Of a stretch of DNA of 64,000 nt, positions 60,541 to 64,000 are shown in pieces. Numbering within the stretch: position 1 is the stretch's first letter; each line of letters starts with the position of its first letter. The translations under genes and the position numbers were made by a program. The stretch comes from Folioceros fuciformis. Lineage: Eukaryota. The notes under the pieces are model-generated. The model did not search any database and was not told the origin of the DNA. It worked only from the letters and a program-made list of their open reading frames with translations. The DNA is taken from the NCBI GenBank assembly GCA_049999805.1, contig JBNGIO010006274.1:81818-145817 (forward strand). Reading direction: 5' to 3'.

Positions 60541-62157
60541 TCAGGTGGAGATGATCCGCACGTCTGGCACATGGACAGGGAAGTTGTGTATGCAGGCAGC
60601 CCACGGGCCAGTTTTGGGAGGCTGAATGGTCCGAAGGGCCCGCCATACCGAACTGTTGCACTTGAAGCCACTACCGAAGGCGATCTGCCACACCCTGTCC
60701 CCGCGCCGAACTCGTCCCTTGGCCTCCGTGTAGGCCAGCTCGTACCAGATGGAGGAGGAGGACGTGTTACCGAACCTGTACAGCGTCATCCGGGAGGCCT
60801 CCACGTGCTCCTTGGACAGCTGCAAGTTCTTCTCCAGCTCATCAATAACCGCCCGGCCGCCCGCGTGAATGCAGAAATGCTCGAAAGCGAGCTTGAAGTC
60901 CGGAATGTAAGGCTTGAGCTTGGCATTGAAGAGCTTCCTGGCAACCAGAGTCGCGAAGAAGAGGATCTGCTCCGAGAGCGGGAGCACTGGCGGTCCTAGA
61001 GTAGTGATGTTGGTCTTGAGCGCATCGCCGGCGATGGCCATAAGATCCTTGGACAGCGACACCCCGAGCTTTCCCTCCTCGTCCTCCTCCTGGTACACGC
61101 AGCGGAAGCACTTGGTATCGGCGCCCTTGTGCGTCCTCACCGTGTGCACCAGCTGGTACTTCGATCTCCGTCGGTCGGAGGCCTTGTTGGAGAGCAGAAT
61201 TGCAACGCCCCCAACCCGGAACAAGCAGTTGGGAATGAGCATGGAGCGGCGGTTCCCGAAGTACCAGTTCTGTGTGATGTTCTCCGTGCTCACCACAATG
61301 GCGTAGGTGCTCCTGTGCACTTGCAGCAAATCCTTGGCCAGATCCACAGAAATGACGTTGGCGCTGCACCCCATTCCCCCCAGATTGAAGCTTCGAATGT
61401 TGCCACGCATCCGATACTTGTTGACGATCATGGCCGAGAGCGAAGGTGTGGGATTGAAAAGGCTGCAATTCACCACCAGCACCCCCACGTCCTTGGGCGT
61501 CACCTTAGTCTGCGCGAAGAGCTGGTCCAGGGCCCCGAACATGACTGTCTCCGCCTCGGCGCGCGCCTCCGCCATATTGATGGTGACCGGCACGTTGTGC
61601 AGCCCCGGCGGCAGGTACGTCTCCTCGCTCAGCCCCGACCGCTCCAGGATCTTGCGCTGGAACTCCAGATTCTTGGGGTCGAAGAGACCCACCATCTCCG
61701 ATCGCTTGATGAAGAGGTTGAAGGGCACCTTGAGCTCGTCCGGCGGCAGGTAGCAGGCGTAGTCGACGTTGTACACGGGCCGCGCCCGCGACATGAAGTA
61801 CACCGTGCCCCCGAACACTAGCAATGCGGAGCAGCCCAGCACGCTCACCAAGTTGTATTGCAGCTTCACCCACAAACTCCACATCTCCTCCCTCCCAACC
61901 CGCGTCATCTCCAGCCCCACCCCCAGCACCAGCGGCACCACCAGCAGCGTCACCAGATGCGTGATCAGGTAGTGGTACCCCAATTTCACATATTTGAGAT
62001 TCACGGACTGCAGAAAATCCGGCAGCCGAGCCCTCCGCGTCCCGCCGCCGACACCGCCGCCATGGTGCCCATTTTCAATCCACGCATTCCCGTTCCCGTT
62101 CACCACCTCCGCCGTCTCCCTCTCCTTGTCTTTCTCCTGCACCCGCTCCTCCTCCAT
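60541..62157 (-). CDS. KCS: 3-ketoacyl-CoA synthase (FAE1-type very-long-chain fatty acid elongase), single exon, 538 aa
   Basis: [34 protein letters not shown], catalytic [43 protein letters not shown] and [12 protein letters not shown]. Confidence 0.98.
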   Translation of the reverse strand: MEEERVQEKDKERETAEVVNGNGNAWIENGHHGGGVGGGTRRARLPDFLQSVNLKYVKLGYHYLITHLVTLLVVPLVLGVGLEMTRVGREEMWSLWVKLQYNLVSVLGCSALLVFGGTVYFMSRARPVYNVDYACYLPPDELKVPFNLFIKRSEMVGLFDPKNLEFQRKILERSGLSEETYLPPGLHNVPVTINMAEARAEAETVMFGALDQLFAQTKVTPKDVGVLVVNCSLFNPTPSLSAMIVNKYRMRGNIRSFNLGGMGCSANVISVDLAKDLLQVHRSTYAIVVSTENITQNWYFGNRRSMLIPNCLFRVGGVAILLSNKASDRRRSKYQLVHTVRTHKGADTKCFRCVYQEEDEEGKLGVSLSKDLMAIAGDALKTNITTLGPPVLPLSEQILFFATLVARKLFNAKLKPYIPDFKLAFEHFCIHAGGRAVIDELEKNLQLSKEHVEASRMTLYRFGNTSSSSIWYELAYTEAKGRVRRGDRVWQIAFGSGFKCNSSVWRALRTIQPPKTGPWAACIHNFPVHVPDVRIIST

Positions 62158-62664
62158 CTCCGATGCTCCTCTTCACAACCCCCACCTCCTTCCTCGAATC
62201 CGCCCTGCTCTGCTCCACCTTTACCTTTCCTGCCCGGCTCTCAGCTCGGCTGAACTCAGCTCAGCTCAGCTCAGGGCTGGGAGCTCGGCTCCAGAAATGC
62301 ACAGGCACTAACTCCCGCAGCGAGCACCGCTGAGCTGCAGGCAGTTGAGCCCGTCAACAAGCCGGCTGACTGGAGAGAGGTGGTGGGAGCCCTGGCCTCA
62401 TCGACCTAGGTTTTCCTCACTGCCCAGTGCCAGCGCAGCAAGCCTGCCACGAACAGACTGCGATTCCCCTTCACTGCAGCACCTGCAGCATAGCCTGCCA
62501 CGATTCCAGTCGCCCGGGCAGCCTCCATTCGTCGTCACATGCTCTCCCTGCCTTCCTTCCCATGATTCGCGCTCATAACACCCGTGGCGGGGTGGTATAA
62601 CGCTCTCCTACTTTCCCCTCTACGTACGCCGCGCCGCACGGCAACCCCCCGGGCTGCGCCTGTT

Positions 62665-64000
62665 CTACATCCTACGTCCCCGGGCGCTGCTTCCGTTTTT
62701 GCCTCTACGGCTCTGACTGCCGCCTCGAGCCGATCGTCGGCACTTCTTCTCGTCGAAGCCGTCGGCGTCAGGGACTCGGCTGCCACCACCATCGGACAGC
62801 AACTCCGAATATTCCTCCGCGCTTGCGAACGGCGACCAAGAGCTGCTGCCCTCCCGTTGCCTTAGCCTTCGACCCTGGCCCCGCCCTTGCCGGGATTTCC
62901 TCTTCCTCGTCGCCCCCTCAGCCGCGGCCATTTCACACTCATCCTCGCTGTCGGGCCCCAGCATCTCAGGGTCGCTATCAAGCGTGGGCTCTACAAGCTC
63001 GCCGTCCACTCCGAACCCTGATGCCGATTCCGATTCCTCATCGCTGTCGTTGCCGACTTTTGAATCGCGGCCGTCGTCGCGACTGAGGACTCCGTCCAGT
63101 TTATCGTAATCAAACTCGCCCCCGCTGCTGTTACTCTCATCGTCGTCGTCGTCATCAGCTGAGTCCATGCCACCAGCTCCCTCCTCCCGCTCCAGCAACG
63201 CCTCCACTTCCTCGTTGTCACTGTCATCTTCGTCGCCGACGTCGTCTTCGTCGTTCGTGATGCCAGTGATATCGTCGTCCTCCTCATCGTCCTGGTTCTG
63301 TTTCTTTCGAGATTTGCCCCTCGAGGAGGCCTTCGCCTGATAGAATTTATGGAACACCACATCTTCGGGTGCGACATCAGCCTCTGCCAGGGTCAAAAAC
63401 TGAGCTCCCACTGGAAGCGTTGACACAGCCTCCAACTGCGGCAGAGGGACGAAGCAAAGGGCACGCCAATTAATTCTTCGTTCCACACATTTCAACCTAC
63501 TCCGGTGGACAGCTGTTTTTGGTGAAATCGTTGCGCGGAGTCAAAGACGACGGTCATGCGGGGGGAAGAACACTCACCGTCTGTGATGATTTGGAAGTGG
63601 ACAATCCATGCCATGTGCCTCCCTCCTTGCCTTTCCGGGCCTTCGGCTTCTTCTCTGCAAATCTATCCAGAAACACCCCGAGAGCAAAATCTTGCAACGG
63701 GTCGCCTGAGTAGAGCACGTTTGAGCCAGAGAGCAAAGTTCGGGCCATAGCTGCCACTGATGGATGCACATGAACGCTCAAGGATGTAAGCTCCCACCAA
63801 CACGTCTGATCTGCGTTACTGCGAACAGCAAAAAAGACATGACGCCAAATGCTCCAGATGTACGCCGAGCTAACAGTCGTTGCGACACTTCATGAGGCCA
63901 TAAGATGGGGTCGCGAAGATCCACATACCAGTAAGAAGGCTCCCGAAGCAGAGGATTGTAAGCCAGCGTCTCTACTCGAACCTTTCCTTTCCCATCGACG
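62665..64000 (-). CDS. NOC1: 3' part of NOC1/MAK21/CEBPZ (CCAAT-binding factor domain) ribosome biogenesis protein; 5' end outside window
   Basis: YNPLLREPSY, WWELTSLSVHVHPSVAAMARTLLSG..YSGDPLQDFALGVFLDRF.EKKPK, DVAPEDVVFHKFY, an acidic tail and SPFASAEEYSELL. Confidence 0.9.

Noticed and set aside
60571-62311. Long overlapping/antisense ORFs across KCS
   Set aside because: Expected by-product of high GC3 in the real KCS frame.

Overview
Eukaryotic nuclear DNA from a compact non-seed land-plant genome. Introns are mostly ~85-170 nt; a hornwort/bryophyte origin is my inference. Host genes: a complete multi-exon MON2 (-, 10484-122), a group-1 LEA/Em gene with an in-frame stop (-), SNAPc subunit 1/SNAP43 (+), NADH-cytochrome b5 reductase (+), a LIFEGUARD/BI1-family gene (-), a CLD1-like alpha/beta-hydrolase (+), a full WWE-WWE-RING-DTC Deltex-type E3 ligase (+), tRNA-Ala(TGC), an intronless 3-ketoacyl-CoA synthase (-) and the 3' end of NOC1/CBF (-). 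Two transposon-rich blocks (~18.4-36.3 kb and ~41.4-56.8 kb) contain a Ty3/gypsy element with a nested solo LTR, a decayed MULE/SWIM transposase, L1 ORF1 relics, a pogo-like DNA transposon carrying a nested Ty1/copia, two Penelope-like RT relics and many short tandem repeats. Main surprises: (1) a metazoan-style Deltex architecture in a plant; (2) both the gypsy and the copia element have non-canonical AG...CT LTR termini, fixed by target-site duplications; (3) a duplicated 60-nt MON2 exon diverged almost only at synonymous sites; (4) a cysteine-less HMA-like domain fused to the CLD1-like hydrolase. Family assignments come from motif recognition by eye; no searches were run.
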